IMG/VR virus record: IMGVR_UViG_3300047160_002053
Span: 32,001 to 96,000 of that record
Length of the DNA: 64,000 nucleotides
Source of the DNA: a virus
Strand: one strand, 5' to 3'
A program made the position numbers and the translations under genes. The notes beneath the pieces are model-generated. The model ran no database searches. It was not told the origin of the DNA and saw only the letters and a list, made by a program, of their open reading frames with translations. Shown here piece by piece: positions 1 through 9,034 of this stretch (the stretch's first letter is position 1; every line of letters begins with the position of its first letter).

Positions 1-606
1 GCTGAGGCCTACAATACAGGTAACGGTGGAACCCATGACGAAGAGCCTGGCGTGGAATTCATCATGGCAAACAGATTTATCCGTAACCTGAATCTCTGTA
101 TGCGCGTAAATCCTGATACTCCTATCGTGATCCACATGAAAACGAATGGCGGCTATTGGGAAGAAGGCATGGCTATCTATGACGCTATTAAGTCGTGCCC
201 GTACCCTGTTACGATCCTGAATTACACTCACGCACGCTCAATGTCGAGCTTGATCTTTCAGGCCGCAAATAAGCGCGTGATGATGCCTCATTCGACGTTT
301 ATGTTCCACGACGGTACTCTGGGCGTAGATGGAACCGTGAAGCAAGTTGCATCGGCTGTTGAGTTTGGAAAGATCCAAGATCAGCAGATGATGAAAATTT
401 ATCTTGACTCCATGAAAGCAAATGGTAAATTTATGCACCGTAGCCGCAAGTTCATTCAGGCGTGGCTGCGCGAACAAATGGACAAAAAAGAAGACGTGTA
501 CCTCACTGCGAAAGACGCTGTTGAGTATGGGTTTGCCGACAAGATCTTTGATTACAACTGGGCAGATCTTACCAAATACACGCCTGAAGAGTTGGCTAGG
601 GGATAA
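1..606 (+). CDS. clpP: ClpP-like serine protease (5'-truncated by window edge)
   Basis: Frame is open from base 1 (AEAYNTG...). ClpP hallmarks: TNGG, 'AIYDAIK', catalytic Ser in ARSMSS, catalytic His in FMFHDG, C-terminal 'DVYLTAKDAVEYGFADKI'. Confidence 0.85.
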   Translation, partial: AEAYNTGNGGTHDEEPGVEFIMANRFIRNLNLCMRVNPDTPIVIHMKTNGGYWEEGMAIYDAIKSCPYPVTILNYTHARSMSSLIFQAANKRVMMPHSTFMFHDGTLGVDGTVKQVASAVEFGKIQDQQMMKIYLDSMKANGKFMHRSRKFIQAWLREQMDKKEDVYLTAKDAVEYGFADKIFDYNWADLTKYTPEELARG

Positions 607-608
607 GT

Positions 609-905
609 ATGATGGATGATATGAACGATATCGAGAAGCTTCTGTGGATCGAAAAACGTTTTGGAATCACCAAGACTTTGGAAGAGAAGCATCCCTCGAA
701 CGATAAGGTTGAAGCCCTGGAGCAGGAGCTTAACAGTATTCTTTCGCGCTACCGTGAAGAATACAAGATCACCATGCCTATGCCTCGCATTCGCATGTGG
801 CTGACCGATAACAAGATGAATTTCCTATTTTTTGATCGTAAGTCTGGCAAACGTATCTTGCTGGGTAACTGGCTCTCAAACAAGGAAGATTTCTATGAAC
901 GCTGA
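609..905 (+). CDS. hypothetical protein (98 aa)
   Basis: ORF tightly packed after clpP, with GGGGA RBS. Confidence 0.7.
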   Translation: MMDDMNDIEKLLWIEKRFGITKTLEEKHPSNDKVEALEQELNSILSRYREEYKITMPMPRIRMWLTDNKMNFLFFDRKSGKRILLGNWLSNKEDFYER

Positions 906-1317
906 AGAAGTTAGAAACAAGGTGAGAGAAAGCATTAACTTAGCGCTTCGTCCTTTGATCGGGACCAAGATGGATGCGACTGCCAAGATGCGCGCAAAGG
1001 CCGTGATCATGGACGTATTGGCGCATTATTACAACGATGGGACGATTGATGAGATCCCCCTGATTGATATTAACCACGAAACCGAGTTGGCATACTTGAC
1101 CAACGCTATTAGAAACATGTATTTGGAGATTGATGGTACTGAGGACGAACAGACCAGACTCGCACTTGCTCGTGAAATGAGCGGATACTCTATGCGTGCG
1201 AATGAACTGCGCCGTCAGATGGAAGGCTTAGGCCAGAATTCGATTCAGATCTTCCTCAAAAATCCCAATACCTATGAGCCATTTGTTTGGTACGGGAGAT
1301 CTCAGTATGAAAACTGA
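895..1317 (+). CDS. hypothetical protein (~140 aa)
   Basis: ATG at 895 with AGGAAG upstream, overlapping the previous stop. The track's longer start at 832 is unlikely. Confidence 0.7.
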   Translation: MNAEEVRNKVRESINLALRPLIGTKMDATAKMRAKAVIMDVLAHYYNDGTIDEIPLIDINHETELAYLTNAIRNMYLEIDGTEDEQTRLALAREMSGYSMRANELRRQMEGLGQNSIQIFLKNPNTYEPFVWYGRSQYEN

Positions 1318-2053
1318 AGTTGAAAACGTAGTTGTCACCGAAGAAAAGCCGGTGGAACTTGTAGCGAAACACACGGAGTTCGAGACGAAGTATCGTGTCG
1401 ATCCTGCAACCTTGACTGATTTCAAACAAATCGCAGATAAACTGCCTGGATTGGAGAAATTTATTTATGTCGAAGGTCCAGACACGTACTATACGAATGA
1501 GCACATCACGAAGAAATTTGACGCTTTCGCAGAAACGCTTGGTGAAAAAGCACGAGCAGCTTTTGAACAGCTACTTACCGACACAATTTCGCAATTTCCA
1601 CCTTTTATGCGATACCGCCGTCCTTCTCACGGTCTTGACGGGGATCGAAAAGAACTTACCACCAAGTATAAGCAATCTGGTTCAAAAAATAACATTCAAA
1701 GGGAAGAAAAAAACATTAGAGTTGACAAGGTTGACGAAGATACGATCATGAAATTCGTATCCGATCTTGGATATAAGCTTAATTTTTCGATCTGGAAGAC
1801 CTGCCACATCTACAATTTCTCAGATGCGACAATCGTATTCTATACGGTTTATGACACGACCAATGGAAAGTCGTCGAAGATCGACACGTTCGTTGAGATC
1901 GAAGTCTCCGAAGAGAAAGTCTCCGAGATGACAGAGAAGCAGGCTTTTGATATTATTGAGAAGTACGAAAAGGCCCTGGAAACTGTTGGTCTTTCTGCAC
2001 GCTCTCGTTTACGCAAATCATTGTTTGAAATGTACCGAAGGGAAGTCAAATGA
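1307..2053 (+). CDS. CYTH / triphosphate tunnel metalloenzyme family protein
   Basis: N-terminal ExExK (EFETKY), 'DTYY', basic R-Y-R strand, 'ELTTK', 'REE', C-terminal 'FVEIEV' and 'KSLFEMY'. ATG 1307 has GGGAG RBS. Confidence 0.75.
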   Translation: MKTEVENVVVTEEKPVELVAKHTEFETKYRVDPATLTDFKQIADKLPGLEKFIYVEGPDTYYTNEHITKKFDAFAETLGEKARAAFEQLLTDTISQFPPFMRYRRPSHGLDGDRKELTTKYKQSGSKNNIQREEKNIRVDKVDEDTIMKFVSDLGYKLNFSIWKTCHIYNFSDATIVFYTVYDTTNGKSSKIDTFVEIEVSEEKVSEMTEKQAFDIIEKYEKALETVGLSARSRLRKSLFEMYRREVK

Positions 2054-2322
2054 GTAAGTCAGATACAATCGACATTCCAGTATGGGCAGGACATGGCACG
2101 GGCCGATTAGTTCGTCGCGACGCATTGCCGCAGGAACATCCCTGGTCCACGTACAATTACATCAAAAATGAGCTTAAACTCAAGCCCGAAGACTATGGTG
2201 TTTTTGATCGAAAGACCGAGATTATCCGTGAAGAACTGGCCGGTAAAACCAATAGTGAACTGAAAACTATGGTAGCCGAACTTCGCCTACAGATTGAGGC
2301 GATGGAAAGAGCAGGTTTCTAA
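2050..2322 (+). CDS. hypothetical protein (90 aa)
   Basis: ATGA overlap with the upstream gene; C-terminal coiled-coil-like helix. Confidence 0.7.
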   Translation: MSKSDTIDIPVWAGHGTGRLVRRDALPQEHPWSTYNYIKNELKLKPEDYGVFDRKTEIIREELAGKTNSELKTMVAELRLQIEAMERAGF

Positions 2323-2540
2323 TGAGCAACATAGAAATGTGCGATATGTGTATGGAGCACTACTGTACTCACTGTGAGCGTGGACGTGATTGCTACGAAT
2401 GTGGACAGGAAAAGTGCGAATCCTGCGATAATTCCGAATGTCCTGAGTGTGGAGAAGCAATTTGTGAATCTTGTCTTGCTTCGCACCTGGAAGATTGTTA
2501 TGATGAAGAAGAAAACGAAACCGAAGACGATTGCGAATAG
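2322..2540 (+). CDS. Cys-rich acidic zinc-finger-like protein
   Basis: Six CxxC pairs in 72 aa, acidic tail, TAATG coupling. Confidence 0.7.
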   Translation: MSNIEMCDMCMEHYCTHCERGRDCYECGQEKCESCDNSECPECGEAICESCLASHLEDCYDEEENETEDDCE

Positions 2541-2552
2541 AAAGGACTTAAT

Positions 2553-3542
2553 ATGAGTGAAATCGACGACGCAGCAGAATGGGCCGCAGCAGCGGAAACC
2601 TACGAAAAGCCTGAAGAATCTAACAAGAGACGTAACCGATCTCCTGATTTCTTATACGAAGATGATGACGAGAAGAAGCCTGGCCAACCGAACCAGTACG
2701 CACTGTACGGCGGCGGCTACATGGCTACGACTCCTACGATCAAAACGCTTCCCCCTGGCGTTTATGATATCACTGCCGATAACCGTGGCGTTTATGTCGT
2801 TCCTGCACTTCCGCCGTCTGGCCTCCTGTTGGAATTGCCTGAGATGCGTTCTGAGGAAGTGATCCGTGTTGTGGATAATTTCTGGGCATCGGAAAAGGAC
2901 TATAAGGAAGGAAACCAATTCGTGATCGGCGGCGCTCAATTCAAGGCCGGTGTCATGATCTATGGTCCTCCTGGTTCTGGTAAATCCTGCACCATCAAAT
3001 TGATCTCGAAGAAGCTCGTTGAAAAGGGCGGAACGGTGTTCTTTGCATCGACCAATCCCGAAGTAGTTATGAGCTGGCTTGAAGATTTCGCTCGCGTTGA
3101 GCCGAATCGTAAGAGCATCGTGATCCTTGAAGACGTTGATTCTTTGATCGACCGTTTTGGCGAGGCTCATTACCTGGAAATGTTGGATTCGGCGAAGACC
3201 ATCGACAACGTGCTCTTCATCGCTACGACCAACTATCCTGAGAAGTTGGACCCGCGCATTTACAATCGTCCTGGCCGTTTTAGCCATGTGATCAAGATCG
3301 GTCTTCCGACTGACAATGCTCGCCGCGCATTCTTACAGGCCGTGTTGAAAGATCATAAAGATGTGGATTTCATCGTGGAAAACTCTAAGAACTTCACGAT
3401 TGACCACTTGTCCGCACTGCTTAATGCCGTGTACCGCGAGAAGAAGCCTTTGGAACAGGAAATCAAGCGTCTTCGTACCTTGTTCCGCGTGCCGAAGTCT
3501 GACGAGCGCACTATGGGTATCAGCCTGACGGACAACGACTAA
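2553..3542 (+). CDS. AAA+ ATPase (classical clade, single domain)
   Basis: Walker A GPPGSGKS, Walker B IVILEDVD, SRH 'ATTNYPEKLDPRIYNRPGRF' with Arg fingers. Confidence 0.9.
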   Translation: MSEIDDAAEWAAAAETYEKPEESNKRRNRSPDFLYEDDDEKKPGQPNQYALYGGGYMATTPTIKTLPPGVYDITADNRGVYVVPALPPSGLLLELPEMRSEEVIRVVDNFWASEKDYKEGNQFVIGGAQFKAGVMIYGPPGSGKSCTIKLISKKLVEKGGTVFFASTNPEVVMSWLEDFARVEPNRKSIVILEDVDSLIDRFGEAHYLEMLDSAKTIDNVLFIATTNYPEKLDPRIYNRPGRFSHVIKIGLPTDNARRAFLQAVLKDHKDVDFIVENSKNFTIDHLSALLNAVYREKKPLEQEIKRLRTLFRVPKSDERTMGISLTDND

Positions 3543-3543
3543 A

Positions 3544-3642
3544 ATGAGCTTCCCTATGTTTTGCCTGGCGATGTTCCTCGTAATGACGGGACATCCAGGC
3601 TTTGCAGTATTGCTTATTTTATTGACCTGGAGAAGCGAATGA
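3544..3642 (+). CDS. small hydrophobic membrane peptide (32 aa, not in ORF track)
   Basis: MSFPMFCLAMFLVMTGHPGFAVLLILLTWRSE; fills the gap and overlaps the next ATG (ATGA). Confidence 0.5.
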   Translation: MSFPMFCLAMFLVMTGHPGFAVLLILLTWRSE

Positions 3643-4433
3643 AATACCCAATAGACCCACAGACCGCAGAGACTATGTTTGGCCATTTGGTTACGCACGA
3701 GCGTACCCAGCGGCAGCTTATTACTGCAATGTCGGGTCTATTGATGGAAGCAATAGCTACCTCTGACGGCGATCAAGAATGGGTTGTAGAGGCTAAAAAG
3801 CTCTTCAAGACCCAGAAAATGATCAAAGCTGAACATGAGACTCGTCTTTTTAACCAAAAGAATGGGCACGCTGAGAATCATACCGTTAAGGTGGAAACTT
3901 CCGTGGCACCCGAGACTATTCAGCCTATCCAGGGCGCACCGATCATTATGCCTGGCGCTCAAATTGATCCGCAAACGAACCATGAATTGAACAAGATGGA
4001 AGAGAGCTTCGGCGGTGAAATGTCCGAAGAAGAGCTTGAAAGAATGTTCAATCAACGTCCTGCAATCCGCGCAACATCCGAAAACGCTGGCCCTAAGCAT
4101 GTCGATTTATCGAAGAAGAATCCGTTTAAGGGTATGACGCTTCAGGAAATCGAATCCTGGGAAGCAGCACAGAATAATTCCAATGACATCTACAAGATCA
4201 AAGCCCGTGTCCAAAACTTGGCCGTGGGTATCTCTGGCGGCAATTTAACGGCTGTCGGAGAGATGATGGTTAATTCTTTCGTTCACGTTCTGCGCGATCT
4301 CTATGAATTCGCAGACTACTTGCCAGATGCTGAACAACGTATTAGACTGGTAGAAAGAATTCGCAAGCACGAAGGTATGCCTGGAACACTGATCGCGGCG
4401 GCCTCTGCGGGCGTGAAAGTGAGCAAAAAATGA
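3639..4433 (+). CDS. hypothetical protein (~264 aa)
   Basis: ATG 3639 with GGAG RBS; helical, no recognised motif. Confidence 0.75.
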   Translation: MKYPIDPQTAETMFGHLVTHERTQRQLITAMSGLLMEAIATSDGDQEWVVEAKKLFKTQKMIKAEHETRLFNQKNGHAENHTVKVETSVAPETIQPIQGAPIIMPGAQIDPQTNHELNKMEESFGGEMSEEELERMFNQRPAIRATSENAGPKHVDLSKKNPFKGMTLQEIESWEAAQNNSNDIYKIKARVQNLAVGISGGNLTAVGEMMVNSFVHVLRDLYEFADYLPDAEQRIRLVERIRKHEGMPGTLIAAASAGVKVSKK

Positions 4434-4741
4434 CCGGCAAAGAACTTCGCACGTTTTTTAAGCGTTTCAAATACATGAAGAATAAATTTTCGGTACAATT
4501 CAAGGCCAATGGCATGGCTAGAATCACAGCATCTGCTTTCTTGATAGACGTGACTACCGGAAAGCGTAAGCTATTCACGGATCAGCGCACGTTGGCTTAT
4601 AAAGACTTCAGCGAATTCGAGCTTCTGAACTACATGCGAAACTGGATCTTAAACGTATCCATGCATGAAGTTGATGAGAAGATCCTGTTCGATGGCAAAC
4701 GCATCTTTGATCCACACAAAGTTTGGAATCACTTATGGTAA
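4430..4741 (+). CDS. hypothetical protein (103 aa)
   Basis: ATGA overlap; C-terminal 'HEVDE...FDPH' motif seen in small phage proteins. Confidence 0.7.
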   Translation: MTGKELRTFFKRFKYMKNKFSVQFKANGMARITASAFLIDVTTGKRKLFTDQRTLAYKDFSEFELLNYMRNWILNVSMHEVDEKILFDGKRIFDPHKVWNHLW

Positions 4742-5712
4742 AATTCAATCTCGGCTGGGGCAATAGTGTTGCTGTCCGCGAGGCATTTCTTAACACCTAT
4801 CAGGGCAACATGATTGTATTCTCATACGACCGCCTGATGAATATGGATTATCCCACTCACGAGGGCGATCCTGCTTTGGTTGAATTGACCAAACAGGTCG
4901 TGAAGCGTCAGACTGGCCAGGATTACAAGCACCTGTTCTTAGTCAACGGCGCTACTGGCGGCGTCGTTATTGCGCTCCGTGCCTATGCTCAGCAGGGTTA
5001 CGAATTTGCTATGACTCGCAAGGCTCCTTTTTATGTCCGATATCCAAAAATGGTCGAAGCATCTGGTCTTAAGCATATCGAATTCACGCACCGATACCCT
5101 ATTCTTAAAACTTGTTTTTTACTAGATCTTCCGTCAAATCCTCTTGGGCTCCAGGATGAGTTGGCTATTCCTGGCGCTCCGCAGATCCTGGATGGCGTGT
5201 ATTACAACAATGTTTATATGCCATGGAGACCGATTTCCCTTCCCATGCACAAAACCATGATCGGTTCCTACTCAAAGCTACTTGGGATCAATGGTATTCG
5301 CGTAGGATGGCTTGCAACGAACGATGACGAGCTAGCTGTTCAGTATGCTCAGCTTGTAACTTCCGAGTATTGTGGCCTATCCCAGGCCTCTACGGACATC
5401 CTAAAAATCGCCCTACATGGGTATGATTGGGATCTGTTTGAGCAATCGGCCAGATTTAAACTAGATTGTAACCGTGAAGAATTCTCGAAACTTGAGAAAT
5501 ACTTCGGCGACACGCCTGTTCGGGACGTTGGAATGTTCTTCTATGGACCAATGGATTCTACGGCGCAGGCTCTATTCACGAAAGCAGGTATCTCTTGGAC
5601 TCCAGGATCGTCCATGGGGACCAATGATAGCTTCGCAAGATTCAATCTTGGCCAAAGTAATGCGGTGATTCGTGACGCTGTTGCGGCGGTTTTGAAGGCT
5701 GATCGCACATGA
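4735..5712 (+). CDS. PLP-dependent aminotransferase, class I/II fold
   Basis: NGATGG, PSNPLG, DGVY (PLP Asp), GSYSK (Schiff-base Lys) followed by GIRVGW, C-terminal RFN. Confidence 0.85.
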   Translation: MVKFNLGWGNSVAVREAFLNTYQGNMIVFSYDRLMNMDYPTHEGDPALVELTKQVVKRQTGQDYKHLFLVNGATGGVVIALRAYAQQGYEFAMTRKAPFYVRYPKMVEASGLKHIEFTHRYPILKTCFLLDLPSNPLGLQDELAIPGAPQILDGVYYNNVYMPWRPISLPMHKTMIGSYSKLLGINGIRVGWLATNDDELAVQYAQLVTSEYCGLSQASTDILKIALHGYDWDLFEQSARFKLDCNREEFSKLEKYFGDTPVRDVGMFFYGPMDSTAQALFTKAGISWTPGSSMGTNDSFARFNLGQSNAVIRDAVAAVLKADRT

Positions 5713-5975
5713 AATTCAAGATTGGCGACCGAGTAGAAGTGATAAGTGCAGAAGATACTGGAACAGTCATCAATATCTATAAAAATGATGACAATGAAAT
5801 TATCGTTGCCGTCGAGATGGATCATCCAGAAAAGTTTGAACCCGTTCTACCAAAAGAATACCAGCACATTAAGACGGCTAAGCGTTGCGTTTGCCATACG
5901 ACTGAAGACGATGTTCGTCTATTAATTGGTCGTGGGTCTAAAGAATGGTCTACTCTGTGGGATTCCAATGAGTAA
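5709..5975 (+). CDS. small SH3/KOW-like beta-barrel protein
   Basis: 'KFKIGDRVEV...TGTVI...V.MD' pattern. Confidence 0.65.
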   Translation: MKFKIGDRVEVISAEDTGTVINIYKNDDNEIIVAVEMDHPEKFEPVLPKEYQHIKTAKRCVCHTTEDDVRLLIGRGSKEWSTLWDSNE

Positions 5976-6210
5976 GTTCAAGCGCGGCGACCGTATTCAG
6001 TCTATCGAGAGACCAGACATCATAGGTACTATCACGCACATTGAAGAGACTGGAATGGCCTACATCGTTCTGGACAGTTTCATTACGATCAAAAATTTCC
6101 CTCCTTTGAAAGAGGGATACATCACGGCAGAAGTCGAAGCTGTCTTTAAGCTAATCGAGAAATCTGACTGGGCATCTATCTGGGATGACGCAGCGGAAGA
6201 AGATAAATAA
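5968..6210 (+). CDS. small SH3/KOW-like protein, paralog of upstream gene
   Basis: 'KFKRGDRIQS...IGTIT...IVLD' and shared C-terminal W-x-x-[LI]-W-D. Confidence 0.65.
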   Translation: MSKFKRGDRIQSIERPDIIGTITHIEETGMAYIVLDSFITIKNFPPLKEGYITAEVEAVFKLIEKSDWASIWDDAAEEDK

Positions 6211-6243
6211 AGTTAGATATGGATCGCTATATCTAACTTTTAT
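6209..6243. terminator. bidirectional intrinsic terminator between convergent genes
   Basis: Perfect 12-bp inverted repeat AAAGTTAGATAT-N8-ATATCTAACTTT between stops at 6210 (+) and 6247 (-). Confidence 0.75.
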
Positions 6244-6246
6244 GCC

Positions 6247-7233
6247 TTACTTGAGCTTAGTTTCTTGAGCCATACGGCGCATTGCATCCGGAATATAAGC
6301 TGACACTCGTCCATCACCAATGCCCGTACTGGAAGCGTCTTCATTTTGAGAGAAGAATGCGTGCATACATTGTGGAAGGTTCTGGGGTGTTTTCCCGAAC
6401 ATAGCGTCGAAGAGTTGATTGTGGTGCGTAGAGATTTTTTCATTGATAAACTTCATCGGGCGGACAATCCACCATTTTGGTCCAAAGACCTGCGCGTGCG
6501 TGTAAAGGTTCTTCATGGTGATATCTCGGACATACCAGAGACCGTTGTCTTTCGTGTACAGGACTGGCGAAAATGCCCAGTACCATCCACCCAAAAGAAG
6601 CCAGTGAGCCCAAAACAAGGCTTTGTATTGCCATCCCAGGTGATATCCTAGTGCAAGCAGGGCAGAAGTCGTATAGAATTGCGGACCTGCCATAGGCTGG
6701 CCGATACCGTAAGCGTCCGAGTCAGGACAGTAGTTTACACCGAAGTTGTTACAGCGCGTAGAAACCCATCCATTGTTTGAATCGGTCGTCGAGCAAGTAC
6801 CGAGATTCTTCAGGTAATTCTTGATGGCTTTTCTGATGATGTCATCGTCAGCCTTGTAGAATTGGTTGGCGAATCCGAACGCAGATACGACATCTCCAGA
6901 CACGAAATCTAGGTTTTCAGTGTTGTCTTCATTATAACGACGTAGGAAGTTTCCATTCGAGTCGAAGAGCTTCTGATAGCCAGATTCTTGAATGAAATTG
7001 TACATGGTGAAGGCACCATGGTTATCATCATTGTTCAGGAAGATGCCATCGTTACGGGTAGCCAAACCAAGAGCGACCGGAATGTCGGCATGGACCGGAT
7101 CTGGCTTATTTGCGACGTACTGGAACACAAACAAGCGCCAATAAAGATGAACTAGCGGGTATAGTGCCATCACGAGAAGTTGAAAAGGATATCCGAACAG
7201 AAGAAAAATTAACCAACGAACTAGAGCTTTCAT
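6247..7233 (-). CDS. hypothetical membrane-anchored protein (328 aa)
   Basis: N-terminal hydrophobic helix, aromatic-rich internal segment, no recognised family. Confidence 0.75.
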   Translation of the reverse strand: MKALVRWLIFLLFGYPFQLLVMALYPLVHLYWRLFVFQYVANKPDPVHADIPVALGLATRNDGIFLNNDDNHGAFTMYNFIQESGYQKLFDSNGNFLRRYNEDNTENLDFVSGDVVSAFGFANQFYKADDDIIRKAIKNYLKNLGTCSTTDSNNGWVSTRCNNFGVNYCPDSDAYGIGQPMAGPQFYTTSALLALGYHLGWQYKALFWAHWLLLGGWYWAFSPVLYTKDNGLWYVRDITMKNLYTHAQVFGPKWWIVRPMKFINEKISTHHNQLFDAMFGKTPQNLPQCMHAFFSQNEDASSTGIGDGRVSAYIPDAMRRMAQETKLK

Positions 7234-7290
7234 GACAATCCAAGGGCGTGGCCCATGAGTTTGAGGAATTCTGAGATACAGTAACCCCAG

Positions 7291-7327
7291 AAAATAAAAA
7301 GCCCTACTAACAAAATCAGCAGGGCAT
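7291..7327 (-). terminator. Rho-independent terminator ending the tail-fibre operon
   Basis: On - strand: GCCCTGCTGA-TTTTG-TTAGTAGGGC hairpin followed by TTTTTATTTT. Confidence 0.75.
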
Positions 7328-7354
7328 CAGAACCATTAGGATCTTTGTTTTCCA

Positions 7355-7873
7355 TTACCAGCCAGCGAGAGGAGTAAATCCGCCCGATGCAGGGAAAGAT
7401 CCAGTAACAGTGGCAGGCAATACGCCCGATGCGAATCCAGCCTGAGCTTGGTGAATAAACAATCCAGTAGAGGGAGCGTTAAAAGCATTCTCTACGTTTG
7501 CAGTCGTATCTTGGATGTAAGCAAGCCAATAAGTCGTTCCCTGAACCAGATTGATAGGAGCAGTAAGAGCGTGATACGTTGGTCCGCCGCCTGCAGTCGA
7601 TACGCCAGCATAGTTTGCTGTGGTAACGACAGAGCTTTGTCCGAGCAACGCTGAAGGTAAGCCAGATACGCTGGTGTAGATTCCCATGACGCTTTTAATG
7701 CCTGCAGTTTGAGCAGATTTGAAGCAACTCATCGTAGTGATCGTACAGTTATTCTGTGCAGTAAACTGAACAAAATGCAAATCATTCGCAGACATACTGA
7801 ATGCAGTACCGGCAGTCGAGAAGACACCGATTTTTAATCCAGGGTTAAATTCAGCAATTGAAATTTTAGCCAT
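7355..7873 (-). CDS. putative virion fibre-tip / beta-sandwich protein
   Basis: Ser/Thr/Gly-rich beta protein ('VQFTA...MGIY...LVQGTTYWLA'); last gene of the fibre operon. Confidence 0.55.
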   Translation of the reverse strand: MAKISIAEFNPGLKIGVFSTAGTAFSMSANDLHFVQFTAQNNCTITTMSCFKSAQTAGIKSVMGIYTSVSGLPSALLGQSSVVTTANYAGVSTAGGGPTYHALTAPINLVQGTTYWLAYIQDTTANVENAFNAPSTGLFIHQAQAGFASGVLPATVTGSFPASGGFTPLAGW

Positions 7874-7881
7874 ATAAATCC

Positions 7882-8343
7882 TTAGTCGTTCGCAGACCAG
7901 CTTGCAATCGGGACGCGAAAATAAACAGCAGTGAAAACACCATTGTTCGTAACGGCGTTACCGTTAGCAGGAGTCAGGTCGTTAGTTGCAGACGAGTAAT
8001 CATCCGCAAAGTAAATCAGGTTAGCATTCGTGGCCGTACAAACGACCATGTAGCCCGCACCGGACGCCAAATTCTCACCGTATGTCCCAACGAATTGGCC
8101 AGCCTGAGTAGAAGTTGCGTTGATAGGAAGATAGCTTGCATCGACCAATAAACCATTAGGCAAAGTCAAAGAAGCAAGAACACCCTGAACCGTACCGGAC
8201 GTAAAATATCCGTATGCGACTAGGAACTTTCCTTCACGGACCCATTGGAATTGAACCGGACTAGCCGTACCAAATCCAGTCAGCGTGGGCGTCCACGACT
8301 GAGGATCTTTATTTAAAACAAATACGCCGCTAGTTTTTAGCAT
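7882..8343 (-). CDS. putative tail-fibre distal domain protein
   Basis: 'SWTPTLTGFG...QWVREG...LTLP...FRVPI..W' pattern typical of fibre C-terminal domains. Confidence 0.6.
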   Translation of the reverse strand: MLKTSGVFVLNKDPQSWTPTLTGFGTASPVQFQWVREGKFLVAYGYFTSGTVQGVLASLTLPNGLLVDASYLPINATSTQAGQFVGTYGENLASGAGYMVVCTATNANLIYFADDYSSATNDLTPANGNAVTNNGVFTAVYFRVPIASWSAND

Positions 8344-8355
8344 GAAAGACCTCTA

Positions 8356-9024
8356 TTAGAACCAAGCAGCAGAGAGCGACAAACCCAAGTATGCTTCGAT
8401 CTTGTTAACGTAGCTCAGCAAGCGTGCGCCAGTCACGTATTTCGCATCGTAAGATGCAGACGGAATAGCTTTTGCGCGGCTGATCGCAACGGTTGGCGAA
8501 CCAGATTGCAGGGCAGTCAAGACTGGAGTCATGGTGTCCAGAACCGATTCAGTTTTACCGTCTTGGGTGATTCCCAAAGCGATATTTTCTGCGTTGAATT
8601 GAATTAACAGATTCGTGCTGAAATTTTGAATGCCTTCCACCTGAGCTTTGATTGCTGCCATCTGTGCATTTGCAGTATAGGCAACGGCTTCAGCAGAATT
8701 CGATTGAATCGAATCCCACTTAGTTTGAACTTGCTGAGCAATCGAAGGATCGCCAGTAGGTTCCGAAGTGGTAACGTTCACCATTTGCGTTTCAGGTTGA
8801 CCTTGGCCATCCAAAACGGGATTGCCCTGATCGTCAAGAACAGGTTGAGAGACTTGCGTTGTAACGTCATGCATAGGAACTGCTTCAGGGTCCGCATTGA
8901 ACCATAAAGTTAGCTGAATGTCTGCACTGTTTCCTTGATAGGAAGCAGTGAGAGCTTTCGCCCATGCGTCAATCGAGGGAAGATCGACGTTGAAAGTTTT
9001 CCAAGGTAATTGAATTGAATACAT
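8356..9024 (-). CDS. putative tail-fibre assembly/chaperone-like protein
   Basis: Directly downstream of the fibre genes; tandem PVLDDQGN/PVLDGQGQ motif; helical C-terminus. Confidence 0.5.
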   Translation of the reverse strand: MYSIQLPWKTFNVDLPSIDAWAKALTASYQGNSADIQLTLWFNADPEAVPMHDVTTQVSQPVLDDQGNPVLDGQGQPETQMVNVTTSEPTGDPSIAQQVQTKWDSIQSNSAEAVAYTANAQMAAIKAQVEGIQNFSTNLLIQFNAENIALGITQDGKTESVLDTMTPVLTALQSGSPTVAISRAKAIPSASYDAKYVTGARLLSYVNKIEAYLGLSLSAAWF

Positions 9025-9034
9025 CGTATTCTCC

